Assembly: GCA_973895155.1 (NCBI GenBank)
Contig: OZ316897.1
Location: 14,445,375 to 14,509,374 of the forward strand
Origin: Marsupella aquatica
Lineage: Eukaryota > Plantae > Marchantiophyta
Direction of reading: 5' to 3'
DNA length: 64,000 bases
In this document: positions 50,601-64,000 of the stretch, in pieces
Layout of the letters: each line of letters starts with the position of its first letter
Position numbering within the stretch: the first letter of the stretch is position 1
Notes under the pieces: model-generated
What the model saw: only the letters and a program-made list of their open reading frames with translations
Databases searched by the model: none
What the model was told of the DNA's origin: nothing
Made by a program: the position numbers and the translations under genes

Positions 50601-52801
50601 AGAGATAATAAGGAAACAGATCAATAATGGCTGCACCTAGTTTTCAGTGACCACAAGTAGCCTTAATTAGGTTGAGAGAGCAATAGGTTGAGGCATTCTT
50701 TTTGTTTTTAACCAATTGCAGTTTGAGTCTGGCCCTAGCTAACTTAGGCTCCGTTGTTGCCAAAGCCCATCTAGCTCGTGTAGGTGATATTGAGTTTTAT
50801 TTTGGATGCTTTTCAAGGTACTGCCTGCACTCTTGAGCGTCCTACTGTAGTTCTCCCACCCGCTCATGGGCCCATCATCTTCAATCCTGAAGCTGATAGT
50901 TTCCATGCATTAGAAAAGTGTGTGGTCAAAAACAGATAGAAGACTCATCCCTCCATGAATATCATGAGCTACCTGTCTAAGAAACCCGCAAAACTGATGA
51001 TAGAGACCCCAAATATTTCAAGAGCAAAGAGGAGAAACGAAGAAAGTAGTTGCATTTTATATGGTTAGTCAGGGCTTGCATAATCTTCACCCGCACTTGC
51101 CCCTGATGCAATATTTGAGTTCCCCCCCCCCCCCCCCCCCCCCGAAAGTGACCATTTGAAAAGTTGTAGACTGAATATTTTTTAATTTAAGATCTCTACC
51201 ATGAAACTACCATGGTTTTAAATCTACAATCCCAAACTTTATTGGCATCATTTATCTTAATCCTTCCTGTCCAGCCCCTATACTAGTTTTGCAATTGCAC
51301 ACCTTTCCCTATATGCATTTTTCCAGGTGGGAATTCCTTCTTTGTGTCCTCCCCTTAGGTTCTGTGACTGTTAGCAAATTAATATAAAGCGTGTTTGCAG
51401 GACTTGCTTAGTTTATAGAATTTAACCCAATACCCGAATGTAACTTTCTTGTTTAAAACAAACTTGATTATTCAAGTGATTTCAACAAATCACCCTGCAC
51501 CCTGGTCTTGAATGTGAGCAATATGCTGTCAGAGGAAACAAGAGCAACAGGAAGGGGAAGCAACAGTAATTTGTACAACATAGGAAGTGCTCACAAAATA
51601 AGGGGGGGTTCTTGTAGAGCAATCTTCTCTCCTCCATCCTTATTTCCATGTGCCTATATCCGCATACACTTCCAAATTTTCTACGTTAGCAAAATGGGCT
51701 TTTGTAATTTTGGAAAAGACTGCTCTTGATGTCACTTTTTCATACCTTTTAATTAATGTATTAAGTGATCAGTATCTTGTATGGAAGCAATGCTTCATGT
51801 GGTTATATTGCTACCAAAGTTAAGTGTGGTTTAGTTGCTCCAACAAAAGTTAAAATACACCAATGTTATGACATGAAAGTTAGATGAGCTCTTTTCCCAT
51901 TGCCCATCCCATCGGTGATCATTAGATTATCCTAATATGCTAGATATTACTTATAAGAAGAATCAAAAGGTCCAATAGACCACACGATGCTCAAATGGAC
52001 CACTGACTGCAATCTTCCATGGACCGTTCCCCTGTATATGTGCAAAACAATTCCTTTTCTCAAACAGGACCATTCCTTTGTATATGTGCCCATCATTTTT
52101 GGGTGTCATGCAAATGGGTTTTGTTGATCCGATCTAGCTTGAGGTAAAAGTTTGGTCCATAAGCGCAAAACTTCTAGGATAAAATAAGAACAACATATTG
52201 TTGACTCATTCAAAAAATTCCTCCCCATCATGTACAAACGAAAATATGAGTTTTTCAATTAATATTCAAGAAAAACTAAAAGTTAATCTGAAAGAGCATC
52301 ATTAAATTCAATTTTAATACTTATAATTAAGGATAAATAAGATTAGAAAATATTTTGAAAATACTTTAAGTTAATAACTATGTGTAATAACATTATTTCT
52401 TTAGTTTTTAAGGTATTTAATACCTAAAATGTCATGGACGGCTCCCATGATGGTTCCATATACTGGGGAGTTCCCAAGGGAATGAATGTTCTTCAAATTA
52501 AAGAGCTCTTCGTTTGTACCGTTGTTTGATTGGGGCTTTTGATATTTTTATACAACACTGCAAATTAAAGATCAAAAATGCCAAAAGGGGAGACAATTAA
52601 AGATCAAAAATGCCAAAAGGGAGACAGGGTCCAAAAGACAAAGAAACCCAGTAGAGATGAAAGGAGGGGACAAACACACACACACACACACTACCAAGAA
52701 GGCCCAAACAAGCCAAGGGGACCACCACACACGACCCCTCAATGCCTGAGCCAGAAAGCAAGCAGCAAAAGATGGTGAGTCAAAATGCCACACCAACTAC
52801 G

Positions 52802-53146
52802 TGTTAGGATTTACTCTTAGGTCTAGAGTTACAACTGTACCGTAGTTAAGGCTAACCTTAGTTGCAGACTTGGTTAGGTTAGTCATGCTGTGCACACTCT
52901 ATAACCAAGTGGTGTTTGCTTGGAGAGGTGGAACTCAGGCTCATTCTTACGGAGCTAGTTGAGAGATAGAGAGAGCTTGTGCTGTGGATGCTTGGTATGG
53001 CCGGTCGGCCTAGAGTGCAGTAAAGCTCTTGTGTGTTCCCGTGGACGTAGCCTCATGTGGAGGTGAACCACGTATCTCTCTGTGTCGACTCTTGTGCGTT
53101 GGATGGTTCATGGGCTTGCCGTTGCAATTGTCGTCGATGCTACACA
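52802..53146 (+). mobile_element. Solo LTR (345 bp), same family as 18885-19227
   Basis: TGTTAG...CA with a perfect TSD ctacg. Contains gtggacgtag..gaaccacgta, a motif common in plant Copia LTRs. Confidence 0.88.
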
Positions 53147-53510
53147 CTACGTACAAGCACCAAGGTGACGTCCCAGTCAACCAAAGAAATCACATGAAGC
53201 CTGAGTGAGCCTATGGCACACTCCCCCTGCACGCAAAAGTGGTCCAACCAGAGGGCCCAGATCGACGCAACCAGGCAAAAATTGGCGAGCACCAAACTCT
53301 GTAGCAAAAATGGAGCAAACAACCTCCGAGCCAGCCAGCCAGAAACCGCCACTGCACCCCAGCCGACATGCCCACCAAAGGAAAAAATGCATACCAAGGG
53401 AAAAAAATGGAGGGAAGGAGGAGAGTCAGCCTCTTGCACAGCCCCTCCTTGCTGGAACTCCGAAGGTGGAAGCTAGGTCAGCCAAGGCCAAAGTATCAAA
53501 TGGAATGCTT

Positions 53511-53700
53511 TCTTATTCACTAGAATTGGCAGAAATCCCATAAAATTTACTATAGGAGGTGGATGCAGTGTATTGAACTAAATATAATGGGAAAGGAGAA
53601 ATCTAGGGTAGCAAGAATAGAAACATTTAGTGGGGTGCCATAATAAGTTAAATTGAAAGTTATACAAGCCGGGTATACAAGTGATGCACCTCATGATGGC
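53511..53700. repeat. Dispersed repeat related to ~31955-32120
   Basis: Shares attcacta.aattggcagaaat.ccataaaat and atacaagtg.tgcacct. Confidence 0.5.
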
Positions 53701-56700
53701 ATATTGAAATAAAAATATATAACAAACAATCTCAATACAACAAAGTACTGAATTAAAGACGAATGGCCATATAACAGTGTCAAAATGTAAGGCCTTTTGA
53801 TGAGAGACAATCATACATTTGATGCTGAAGGGGAAAATCTTTTTGTTTTTGGTCATTTGCTTTTCTCCCTGGCTACAGATTTGTACTAGGTTAACCCCAA
53901 AACCAGTGTTATTGCATACCCAATCCTCAAAGTACTTTTGTTAGAATACTACCCCCTATAACATATGAGTCTAAGTACCCTGTATTCCTGCTCAGAGAGT
54001 GCCTGATTGGTCCTCCAGCTGGGTTAGCCTAACCCACCCCGCTCCCCGCTGGTCACCCCTTCTCGTGCATAGCCCATGAACACACCGTCCAAGCACGTGG
54101 CATCCTGCTGACTTGTCGTTCTTTCAAAATGTCAAAAGTGACATGCTACTGTCCCGGGGATACTCAAATTGCACTGACTCAGATGGGCAGAAATACAGGT
54201 TACTTGGAGTCATATACTATTAGGGGGCAGTATACTAGTGATAAAACTAGTTTTGGGGTCAAGCCTTTTATAACTCTCAATTTGGAGGTAAACCTAGTAA
54301 AAGTTGTTTTTCTCTAAGTGAAAAACCGCACATCAGCAAGCCCACAAATAGTTTGGAGGTGTGGAAAAGCACCCTTCGTTAGTCCTGCATTTCTTCCAAA
54401 AAATCTTACTCAAGTTTAATCTACCTTTTAAGAATAGAAGTACAAAACTATCCCTCCATTGCATGTCAATGGGTCAAGTTCTTCTCTCAAAGGGTACACC
54501 CTGAATTCTAGATCCATAGTATTCATTGAGGAGCCTTCTGCAATTTCAAAACTGGTAAGTTTCTTAAATTAAATTATTTCAGTCACATCTGACTTGTGTT
54601 TCTCCCAATAGAATGATCAATGCACATCAAGGGATCAAGTGAACTAAGGAATTTGTGTGAGGTTTTCATGGGACGCTTGAGATCTCACTCTTTAGATGGG
54701 CACGTCTTGTTTGTTTGCAACAACAACATGTATTGGCCCAGTTTCAAACGCCCATATTTGAAAGTTTACTAGATGGCTGCCCCCAAAAATGTCAAAGGCC
54801 AACATCTCCTTGAACCCTGCCTTGAAAAACATGGGTATTTTCAGGAAGCATAGGGCAAGAAAGACATCCCTATAATTACGAAAGTTTCATGAGCACCCTC
54901 ACAATTTTCCTGAGTTGACATGATGATGTTTTTCAATAAATGATAGATGTTTGCCCAACTTCTGCACTTCGGTGCCTTATGAAGTGGATACAAAAGAAAT
55001 TGGAAATTTTCAATCTGAGTGGATCTAGATCATATTCACCTCTTAGACAAATGGCCACATAGTCTTTTCTGTCAGATTATAACACACACACACACACACA
55101 CACTAATATGACATTTTGTCCATTCTCCTCCATCACTTGATGCCAAATTGTTATCTGGGTGGGAAGTACTCATGGCTATTTGCATGCAGAAACCCTTTTT
55201 TTCCTCACTGTTTGATTGGCCAAAACCACTGCCCTAGTTGCATGACCATCCATTATTCTCCACCTCCTTGCTTGCCATCACAGGGCCTTGTGCAGGCTGA
55301 GCCTCTTGTGTGACCCTCTGGCTCTCATGTATCATCACATGGCTACACCAATGTGTGCTGCGCCTTTGTGTGCAACCCTCCCGGCCTCCCCCTATGCCCT
55401 CTACCTCCAGGCCTGGGCCAGAGGCAGGAGCCTGGGCTGGAGGAGGGCAAGTTTGTCCATTTCTGCGGCTGCCAAACACTTTTACCCTGGCTTGGCAACA
55501 AAAGTAGAAGCTAGCGGCACTGGGGACCTAGCCTCTTTACATAGCCAGAATGGACCAGTGCACTCTGGATAGACGCCAAAAATACCCAATTTTTGTACCT
55601 AGATAGTATGTTCGTAAACAAATACACTGTTTTTTGGGTCAGTATTTATCTGGTCCATCCAGGTTTCAAGGTTCAAAGCAGTGGTACATCCAAGCAATAA
55701 TATGGAAGCCTAACCATGACAAGCTGGTCCAGAGGATAGCCCTAAAAGTAGGGGGTGTGGTCCTACCACTAACAAAAAATTGTTAGTGGATTGGACTGCG
55801 ACCGAATTTCTTGAATGTTTAGCAGAGAACAAGCTGATCTGGAATACGCCTGTCTACTGGTCAAGCTGTGGAATGAGCGAATAATTATGATGGATCAATC
55901 AATGAACAGAGAATGATCTTGACGGATGTGAAATTGTGAACCATTCCCTCGCAGCTGGTACCGTAGGCAAGCAGAGAATAGTTAATTAACAGGGCTGTTA
56001 TTCCGTTGTCGATATCAGCCTATTCTACTTTATCGCACATCGAGATTTCCATCATGACTGCCAGAAAACATTGAGTCCATGTGTCAGTCCCCAATCGAAA
56101 ACGCTGTCTTGTCCCTCGCTACTCAATATTTTGCTAAATTGGTTTTTTAAAAGAGTTGTTCCTCGCTACTAATTATTTTGCTGAATTAGTTTTTTAAAAG
56201 AGTAAATCTTCTATGGCCACTACTGTAGCTGGCATGTAAGAAAACTCAATTTATTCATTTATATTGTTATAAATAAATATATATTTTTACACTCATCAAA
56301 AGCGCTTATATTACATGCAGAATCTGGAGCAAACCTGTCTATGATTAGGGCTGGACTGCATTCTATTGAATTGTTGAAGAGGGAGGCTCTTTGGGAAACC
56401 AGTTTGGTGATTATAACAAAAGAAATATTCTCATTGTTCGCCTTGAAAGACCTTAGTCGAGTTCTTGGCGGATAAAGTCTCACCGTGCAAGGAGCGTGAT
56501 TGTGGCTGAGGGTTCACTTCTGAGATTTCCAAATACTCTGCTGCCTGAGAAACGATTCGTATGTGAATCTCTTCAGGCTACTCACTTCTGTGTAATGCAG
56601 TTCGCCCGGTGCGTTGCAGTAGATGAGAGATAAACCAAGTTTCTGTTTCCCTGAAAAATTTGATTGAACATCCATCGAAACAAACAGCATACAGCCAAGG

Positions 56701-59700
56701 GCACTCGCAGAAGGGAGGGGCCCGGAGTCGACCTTTAAACAGCTTTCTAACGCGACTCTCAACAGTGAACAGCTAATAGCGGCAGTGAAGTGGCAAGACT
56801 ACTCAGATAGCTGCCTACCGTAGTGTGAGTGTGTGACAAAACCTGCCGCTGTAGCTTTCCAATTCTTGAAAGCTTTGCTTGAATGCTTCCATGGATCACG
56901 CCTCTACACTCTTATCGGTGACGATGGCAGAAAGGGGCTGTTAATTGTCACGTCTACGAATTCCTTCTCCCCAGCATAGTTACGGGACATCCTGTTAGAT
57001 TGAAATCACCCGATTTATTGACATAAACGAGAATGATGATAAAGATGTTTGTTCCTTGCTTAAGGACGACGAGACTTCGAGTCAAACCTTGACCGATAGA
57101 CGAGACTTCGAGTCATATCTTCAAATCGGTCACGCCGTATGATTTCACATGCATTCAGCAGCCCATGATCACGGATTAGGGGAAAGCGACTGTACTTTCT
57201 CATGAGACCCTCGAGGATTTGACTGGCTTGGCATTCTGTCATTCTTGCGTCATGAGACGTCGTTCCTTTCTCTTCATTCTCTGCCCAAAATAAAAATTCA
57301 CCGGCAGTTATTTCGCACAAGACCCAACAGAAGTCTGGACTCTTGAGAGAGGGAGAGTATTTGGGTAGCAGCTGGGATCCCAAGCTCCTGTAGGTTATCC
57401 AGGGCCTAGCGCGCCTACTTCGTTACTGTAGGTACTACGGTCAAAGAAGGTAAGGTGGAAGTGTACACGGAAGATTATAAAATATGGACCGTAGAACATG
57501 GCTTGTGAAGTAGCCTGACTCATGGCGTAGAGCACGAGGCATGACGACGAGAATGATGCTGCTCCTCCTGCAACAATTTGCTGACAGAATAAGCTGTAGG
57601 CTCATTCTCAAAACCTCCTAGTCTCCGTCAAAACCCTAGATTAGGAAGAGAGTTTCACGGAAGCCATCCAGGAGATGAGGTGCCGGTGTATGACACAGTG
57701 ATGTTTCCATCCAAGAGCTATGATCCCAGTGATTGTCATGCATCTGCATTGTGGTAGGTGGGTAAGGACGATATGTACCATATCAGAATCGGATTCGAAT
57801 TCTGTGCCCATGATTAACAGAATTAAAAGGGGTGGACCCCGTGAAGAATTTTGCTGCCTTCCTTGGAAAAAATCGATGCGCTGTTATTCGCCCATGTACG
57901 CCTGTAAGCACATTGACTTTCCTTGATGGACGCTTCAGTGAGGTACTTTGAGCACCATTTTTCTGCTCTCTCCTTCAGCACCCACCCCCTTCCTGCGAAA
58001 GAAACCAGAGGATGATTCAGCACCGAGGACCCTTCAAATTGGACCCAGGGCCGACCTGATTCTATCGTGGATACTCGTCGGTGTAAAGCAATCGTACTGA
58101 TTCAGTTTCTAGACTCCCCAGGTTCCGTGTGCCGAGTGGTTCATTTGCATCTTAGTCGTCTTTCTGGAAGCTCGAATCAGGTCAAAGACCGAGCTCTCAA
58201 AATGCGCGAGGTCATGTTTGTTCCTTTCTGAGCAGCCATAGAGCAGAACAGCTGAAAATCGGTTTTACCCATAATTGAAATGGTTATAAGAGCAATGAGT
58301 GCCAAGAACCAGCCGGTAATCTCAGCAAGTCAATCAGAACGACGGCAAATTTGGTGTGGGTGGGGGGCAGCGAGGGGAACTAGGCAACCGTCATGTTGGT
58401 AGTAGCTCCGAAATGACCGAATTTCGGGCATCGGACATTTGGGTGCAGCTCTCCAGTGACTGCCCAAACGAGCAAAACCTAGCTGTAATTCCATTTTGGG
58501 TCGGTCTATGAAGCTGTCCGATTTCATTACGTGCCCATTCACATTAAGTTCATACTGTACTGTCGTCACTCTCTTCTGCCGCGCACTAATTAATTATGCC
58601 ACGAAATTCGGGCACGACAAGATTGTCATCAGATAGTTTTTCTGATTTGGGCATGCATAGATCCTGCGAATTATGCAACCGCTACGAAGGTAGCAGTTTA
58701 TACATTGCGCCAAAGAAAGTCTTCCTTAGGTGCCACACCTACTTTTCCAATCTGAACGGTCAACGCTGTCGTGTCCCAACACACAGAGATGCGGACATCA
58801 GCGAAATTCGTCGCAGCTCGCGCAACAACCAAAATTTGGTCGGAGCTACTGAAAGGTACAATGTCAGCTAATAATTGTGCTGAAATGACCGAAGGTAGGT
58901 TCGGTCATCGTGACAGCCGAATTGTCCAAGTGTACAAAATTTTGGCTCTAGGTAGATATGAAATTCTCGGTGCTATCCTTCTGGAAAATTTGCAGAAACT
59001 GCAATTGCAGCTACTACTGTACCTGCATGATAGAAATATCACTTTTTGCTAGTCCGCTACAATGAATTCGTCTCTCTTCCGGCACGGCACAGGAAACTTT
59101 TCTCAGTGGAGAATCAGTGCCAATTAGGTGAATTGTACTCCTTTCAGCAACAACATTAGTAATAAGTATAAGATTGGCAATGTTCCACTAGCACGTACCA
59201 CATCGAAATTGGTAAACGATTTATCATCAACTGTGCAATTAATGCCCCACAAAAGAAGTAAGTTCGGCGTCTTATACCGCACTACGGATCGCTCGAGGCA
59301 CCGCGAGTTCGGTCTCAGTTCTGAACTTCGCAAATATTGCTTGTGCAGTTACTTCGTTGATGAAATTTTAGAGCTGTCACTCGTAATTTGAATGATATGA
59401 AACGAGAATCTGGAAACGTTGTAGTTTATTCGAAAAGGCAAAGAGTCGAGACTTGCGCAGATAATTCACTCCAGTTGAGAATGTATGTATTCACGCTGCT
59501 GCAATCGGAGAACGTACAGTTTGTCGGGTTTACTAAATAATGCAATTTAGGGTCTAAACATTGCCAACTGAAAGTGATGATGAGATCTCAAAAGTCTATC
59601 CTTCGTGACATACCCAGTCCCCGAACAAAACATTGTTGGGTTTGAAGAATTAATTTGCAAACCTTAGTTGGTTCCAAACTTTCAGAACGAGAAGAGGATT

Positions 59701-60375
59701 ATTGTGGATCGAAAGATGAAGGCAGAATTCGGTGACTCACTGTACTGTATCGCAAGGATTGGAGTATTCGAGCTTTAGGTTGGATTGATTCGGAAGAATA
59801 GTGCAAGCTGGACTGTGTGGAGCTTTAAAAGAACCGATAATTATAGCTGTTACGACTAGGTAGCAAACAAGGCCGTAACGTCCGTCCGTGGCAACGGGTG
59901 TGGAGTCTGGATTCCGATAATGCATAGAAATACAGGAACGCATTGAAGATTTACCCTTCCCTTCCTTTCCCTTCCCTGGAGCCCTTGCCATGTAAAATAC
60001 AGCTGATAGCTGCGTACCCGGTAATTCAGCCGTGGTTGGCATTTTTTATACCGCGACCGCTGGAGGAGCAAAGCCCAACGATGGAGAGGCCAGTGAAAAC
60101 GCCAACTGTACTGAGTAGCGTTCCATCTCGACCTGGAGATGCTTCAACTGTTGAAACTCTAACAACAAAATATTGCCCCGGGTCTATAGTCTTTACTTCT
60201 TCCGCGCAGTGTGCCCTCCCTATGATAAAACCCTTCCTCACTCAGGGCCTCCCGAGTTGTGTGCTGTCCTCGCAGATATCGCAATCCACTACTATTTTAC
60301 TCTTGCCATGCCTTCCAATGAATTGATTTGGGTCTTAAATGCATCAAGAACCATAATTCAAGGTACCACTCTTTT

Positions 60376-60655
60376 ATAGAGGGGTAGTCTTTTGAATTTG
60401 CACCCAAAAAATAAAGAATGTGACCCGGACAATTAATAAGCCAAATGAGATTTACATTTAGTGTGAAGGAAAAAGCTACATAGAAAGGAATGTGATAAAG
60501 AGAAAAAATAAAAAATAAAAAATAATTACATCTAGTGTGAAGGGGAGAGTATAGAGGGGTATTCTTTTGAATTTGCACCCAAAAAATAAATAATATGACA
60601 AAAATAATTAATAAACCAAAAAATAAATTACATTTAGTGTGAAGGAAAAAGTGAC
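60376..60655. repeat. AT-rich imperfect tandem duplication (~175-bp period), possibly a MITE relic
   Basis: 2x tagaggggta.tcttttgaatttgcacccaaaaaataaa...tacatttagtgtgaaggaaaaag. Confidence 0.55.
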
Positions 60656-61965
60656 ACAAAAACCTTGGCCATCTCCCTGGTAGGATGGGAATGAATGAAT
60701 CAAGTTGGAGTTCAGAGGATAACAGCTGAATCAATGATATATAGTTACGGCTATTGATTCAATAAATGTTTTGAGCCTCGTCGTGTCTCGCATCGTGTAC
60801 GTGCTCCTAACGAATTGCAAAGGTATCCCGCAGTTGTAGTTTATATTGCTGCTGCCGATTTGATTTCACACCTCACTACGTACGTCCAGTAGTTTGAAAG
60901 GGCAGTCTTCAATTCTTCTCTTGTCTCGCTTTCGTGTACAGAAACAGTCTATAGCTCTCCTCACTGTTCCAAAGTCAAGCTTGGCAAATGCGCTGCCCTT
61001 TCGCCAAGCTTCCCTGCGTTCCTGGATGATCTATTCACCAATTATTGTAAGCCCACTGTGTTTTAGTGCTTCGACGGCGGCTCAGAGGCCTTCTTTCGCT
61101 CAGCTTCTCGACCATTAATTCTACTAATTGGGAGGGTGGTCCTACATGCCTGCTGGAATTATCTGCTGGATCCCCTTCCAGCAATCACATCACCAAGTGC
61201 GCTTCCAAGTTGCTTCTGAAGTCCCATTTTTGCACAGCCAAAATTGCCATTTCTCGAGTGGTCCCGTGACTACGATGCCTGCCTGGCTGCCTGGCTGATA
61301 TGTACGAACTATCACGTTACCCAGTGTATTCTAAAGCCTTTCCAATCCTCTTCCTTACTTACGCGCTGTCGCTCTGTGACCGGAGAAGTCGCCAATGAAT
61401 GCACGCCAGCCAGATCCCTGAGCAAATGCTACGGCAGATGCAGTAACTGCTGCCGGGCCTCTCTTTCCGGATACTCGTGCACTTGTTCCAGAGTGGCAGG
61501 GCAGGACTCTCCCTGAGTACAATCAGATTGGGGCACAAGCTACACTAGGCGCTATAGGCTAATTATTTGTGCACAGGCCTTAGATAATTTGATGCAGCTC
61601 ACGACGATCATCACCCCCCCCCCCACCCCCCCCAACCGGGGCTTCTCTAAGGTCTCGTCTTAAATTTTAAACTCGCCTTGTCGGACATCTCCCAAAATGA
61701 AAGCTCTCGGGACTTCCTTGGGGCCGCAAAACTGCGGGCCCACAAAATTTGTTTGTAGACTGCAAGCTCTTAATTAGAGAAACTGTTGTGAGAATCGAAC
61801 AGATAGTAGAATGCACTGGGCAGAGAGCAAACTGCAGTCCACAGCCTAAACTGTTCAATGGATTTCTTGCCCACACTAATTTGTGTCACGCTTTTTTCAA
61901 GTAGCATATGAGTTAGTGTTACTCCCACTAAGAGGCACCTTGCCTGTGATCAACCCGTTGTTATG

Positions 61966-62112
61966 CTGCCCTCAAAATAACTAATGTCATGATAGTATTC
62001 AGTGATACTTTCAAGCCTAAAGCTCCTCAGGCAGTTATCCTGCCCTAAAAATAACTGATGTCATTCATGATATCATTCAGTGATACTTTCATGCCTTGAG
62101 CTCCTCAGGCAG
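61966..62112. repeat. ~75-bp tandem duplication
   Basis: 2x tgccct.aaaataact.atgtcat...ttcagtgatactttca.gcct..agctcctcaggcag. Confidence 0.7.
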
Positions 62113-64000
62113 GCATGACAGTATCTCATGTAGAGAGCCAAGGACAAAGGTCAAAATCTTTCCGGCCCTTGAGGTCCGGAACTCTGCCCTGTAAATAAAA
62201 CAATAAATATTCGGTAAATAGACAGGTCCTGAAGTTTGCCTTATGAATAAAACAAAATATGCATTGGGTGAATAGACAAACACACGATTGTGTTGTCATT
62301 GAAGATCTGCTTTTGGGAGTCCAAAGGGCCACATTTTTTAGAGCTGCCCACTTGTGAGTTGGCCAAGAAAATAGTAATAGGGTACACAGAAAAGTGTTAC
62401 GTACAGTGATAACATGCATTTGCTTTATTTTTAGCAGTTGTTGATGAGCATGCTTGGACAATAGATGACAGTGAGTTGTGGCCAGGCTGGGCTCATACAC
62501 AAGCAAAGGTTAGCAAGCCCAAGGTCCCACCTACTGTACATAGTCACATTGTCATGGAAGAATCCTGCTTAGTAAATAATTATGAAATTCACGTTGTCAA
62601 GCAAGAATTTTGCTTAGTAAATATGAATTCATAGCTATATGCAGGCAAACTTTCAAGACGTGTGAAATCATGACTGATCCTTGTGATTTTACCTTCTTCA
62701 TGGGCGTATCTATAGTAGCTTCTCATTCTTTTTCCTGATGCGGTCAAAGATTACATATCAACTCAATTATGTTTGGGTTGTCTCCTTTCAGTAGAACTCA
62801 CCACATATTAATTCTTTGCCGGTCATATTTTTTTTCAAAACAGAATTTTTCTACGATAGTAAGAAACTTTGAAGTATGGTGTCATATATTTCCAATTACT
62901 ACGTCAAGATGGAAACAACTTCCTCTGAGGAAGAGGATGGGGGATATTCACAGAGGGTTTACTGGCAGCAGGATATTAAAGATAATGTAGTGTAATGAAG
63001 GGAGTGCCAGATGCTCCCGAGTGTGGATTTAGTGGTAACGGTGGGCCTACATTGATATCCTTCTGAGTATTCATTTGTACTTTTCCCATTTTGTAAATCA
63101 GTTTGCAAAGATCTTGTAATTGGTTAAAAGCTCAAGAGCACCGAAGTTTAACTTCGAATCTGATGTTTTCTCCTCTATCGACTGGGATCATGGCTTGGGT
63201 TTAAAATTACCAGCCAGGTCAATAACGTGAAATAACTGAGGCTATGCCCCGCGCTGATCAATGCTATATCGTTATTGTGATTTTCACAACAAAGCCTGGC
63301 CAAACATGTTGATAAGCAGGTTCGGACATCCTTATCAACATGCACACGGTTAGTCTACTATCTCTTCATTCGATCTCGCTGCTGGTCCCAACTTTGCATC
63401 CGATCCTTGTTGCTATCTAACAGCTGGGTAAATATCATTCACATAATTTATATCAGACTCTTAGGTCTGAATACGTGCTACGTCCTGAGAGTGTGATATA
63501 AATTATACCTGCAACTCGGGTTTGAATTGATCATGTTATATGACTGGAGAATTGGAGAAACTACTGGATTGAAAGTATTGTAGTGAATAACATCATATTA
63601 GAAAGGTGGGCCGTGGACAAGAAAACTGAAATTCATACTCGGCGATAAAGGGAGCTGGAATTGGTGCTTGTCTTCCAGCTTTCATCCCCCGTCACGTCAG
63701 ATGTTTTCCTTGGAATCGTCACTTCAAATGTTTTGATTGCCGAAATTTCAAGAAAATGTGCAAATGGCAGTCCAGAACATGCAAAGGAGGAAAATGCAGC
63801 GTGAACATCACGATGTGCCATCTCCGGTTCCACGAGACCCTTTTTGCACATATTCTCAATCGATATCTATTCCTGTAGTCGGAGTGATGAGGGCTAGCTA
63901 GCTACGTACTGAGTCACCTCCAGCCACTGGAGCAACCCGAGTTTTGAGACATGCTGGGCCCTGAATATCCATGACGCCCTTCGATTCTCTTTCGAACAGA

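Noticed and set aside
56259-58330. Minus-strand ORF fragments as a gene
   Set aside because: No recognisable motif or consistent splice model.
60359-60668. P-element-like CAAGG...CCTTG termini
   Set aside because: The match is only 5-6 bp, with no convincing TSD.
63633-63851. F-box-like short ORF
   Set aside because: Similarity is too weak, and the region runs to the window edge.

Overview
Eukaryotic land-plant nuclear DNA, about 43% GC by eye. It has short GT-AG introns and much transposon debris; a bryophyte or liverwort origin is plausible but is inference. Most of the ORF track is noise, and the real genes had to be rebuilt across introns. From left to right: (1) a 7-exon lipase-family alpha/beta-hydrolase with a long Pro-rich N-terminus, 5' end outside the window; (2) a nested TE block of a LINE 3' fragment and a deleted Ty1/Copia element carrying an antisense RNase-H1-N-terminal (Cauli_VI-like) module, with four or five of the six or more copies of a ~300-bp MITE (CTCGGGGG termini, 8-bp TSDs); (3) a strongly diverged double-AP2 transcription factor gene with APETALA2-type exon sizes and a GC-AG intron; (4) a 3-exon secreted prepropeptide gene with three DY-initiated RGF/GLV/PSY-like motifs behind a triplicated TATA promoter, which is the best candidate for an undescribed system; (5) a group II intron domain V fragment inside a 71-bp duplication; (6) a cullin-3-like pseudogene; (7) a hierarchical 308-bp satellite upstream of a kelch gene; (8) a possible F-box relic; (9) an intact, intronless plasma-membrane H+-ATPase; and (10) two related solo LTRs with perfect TSDs. 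No rRNA, tRNA or CRISPR was seen. All family calls come from motif recognition by eye; no searches were run.
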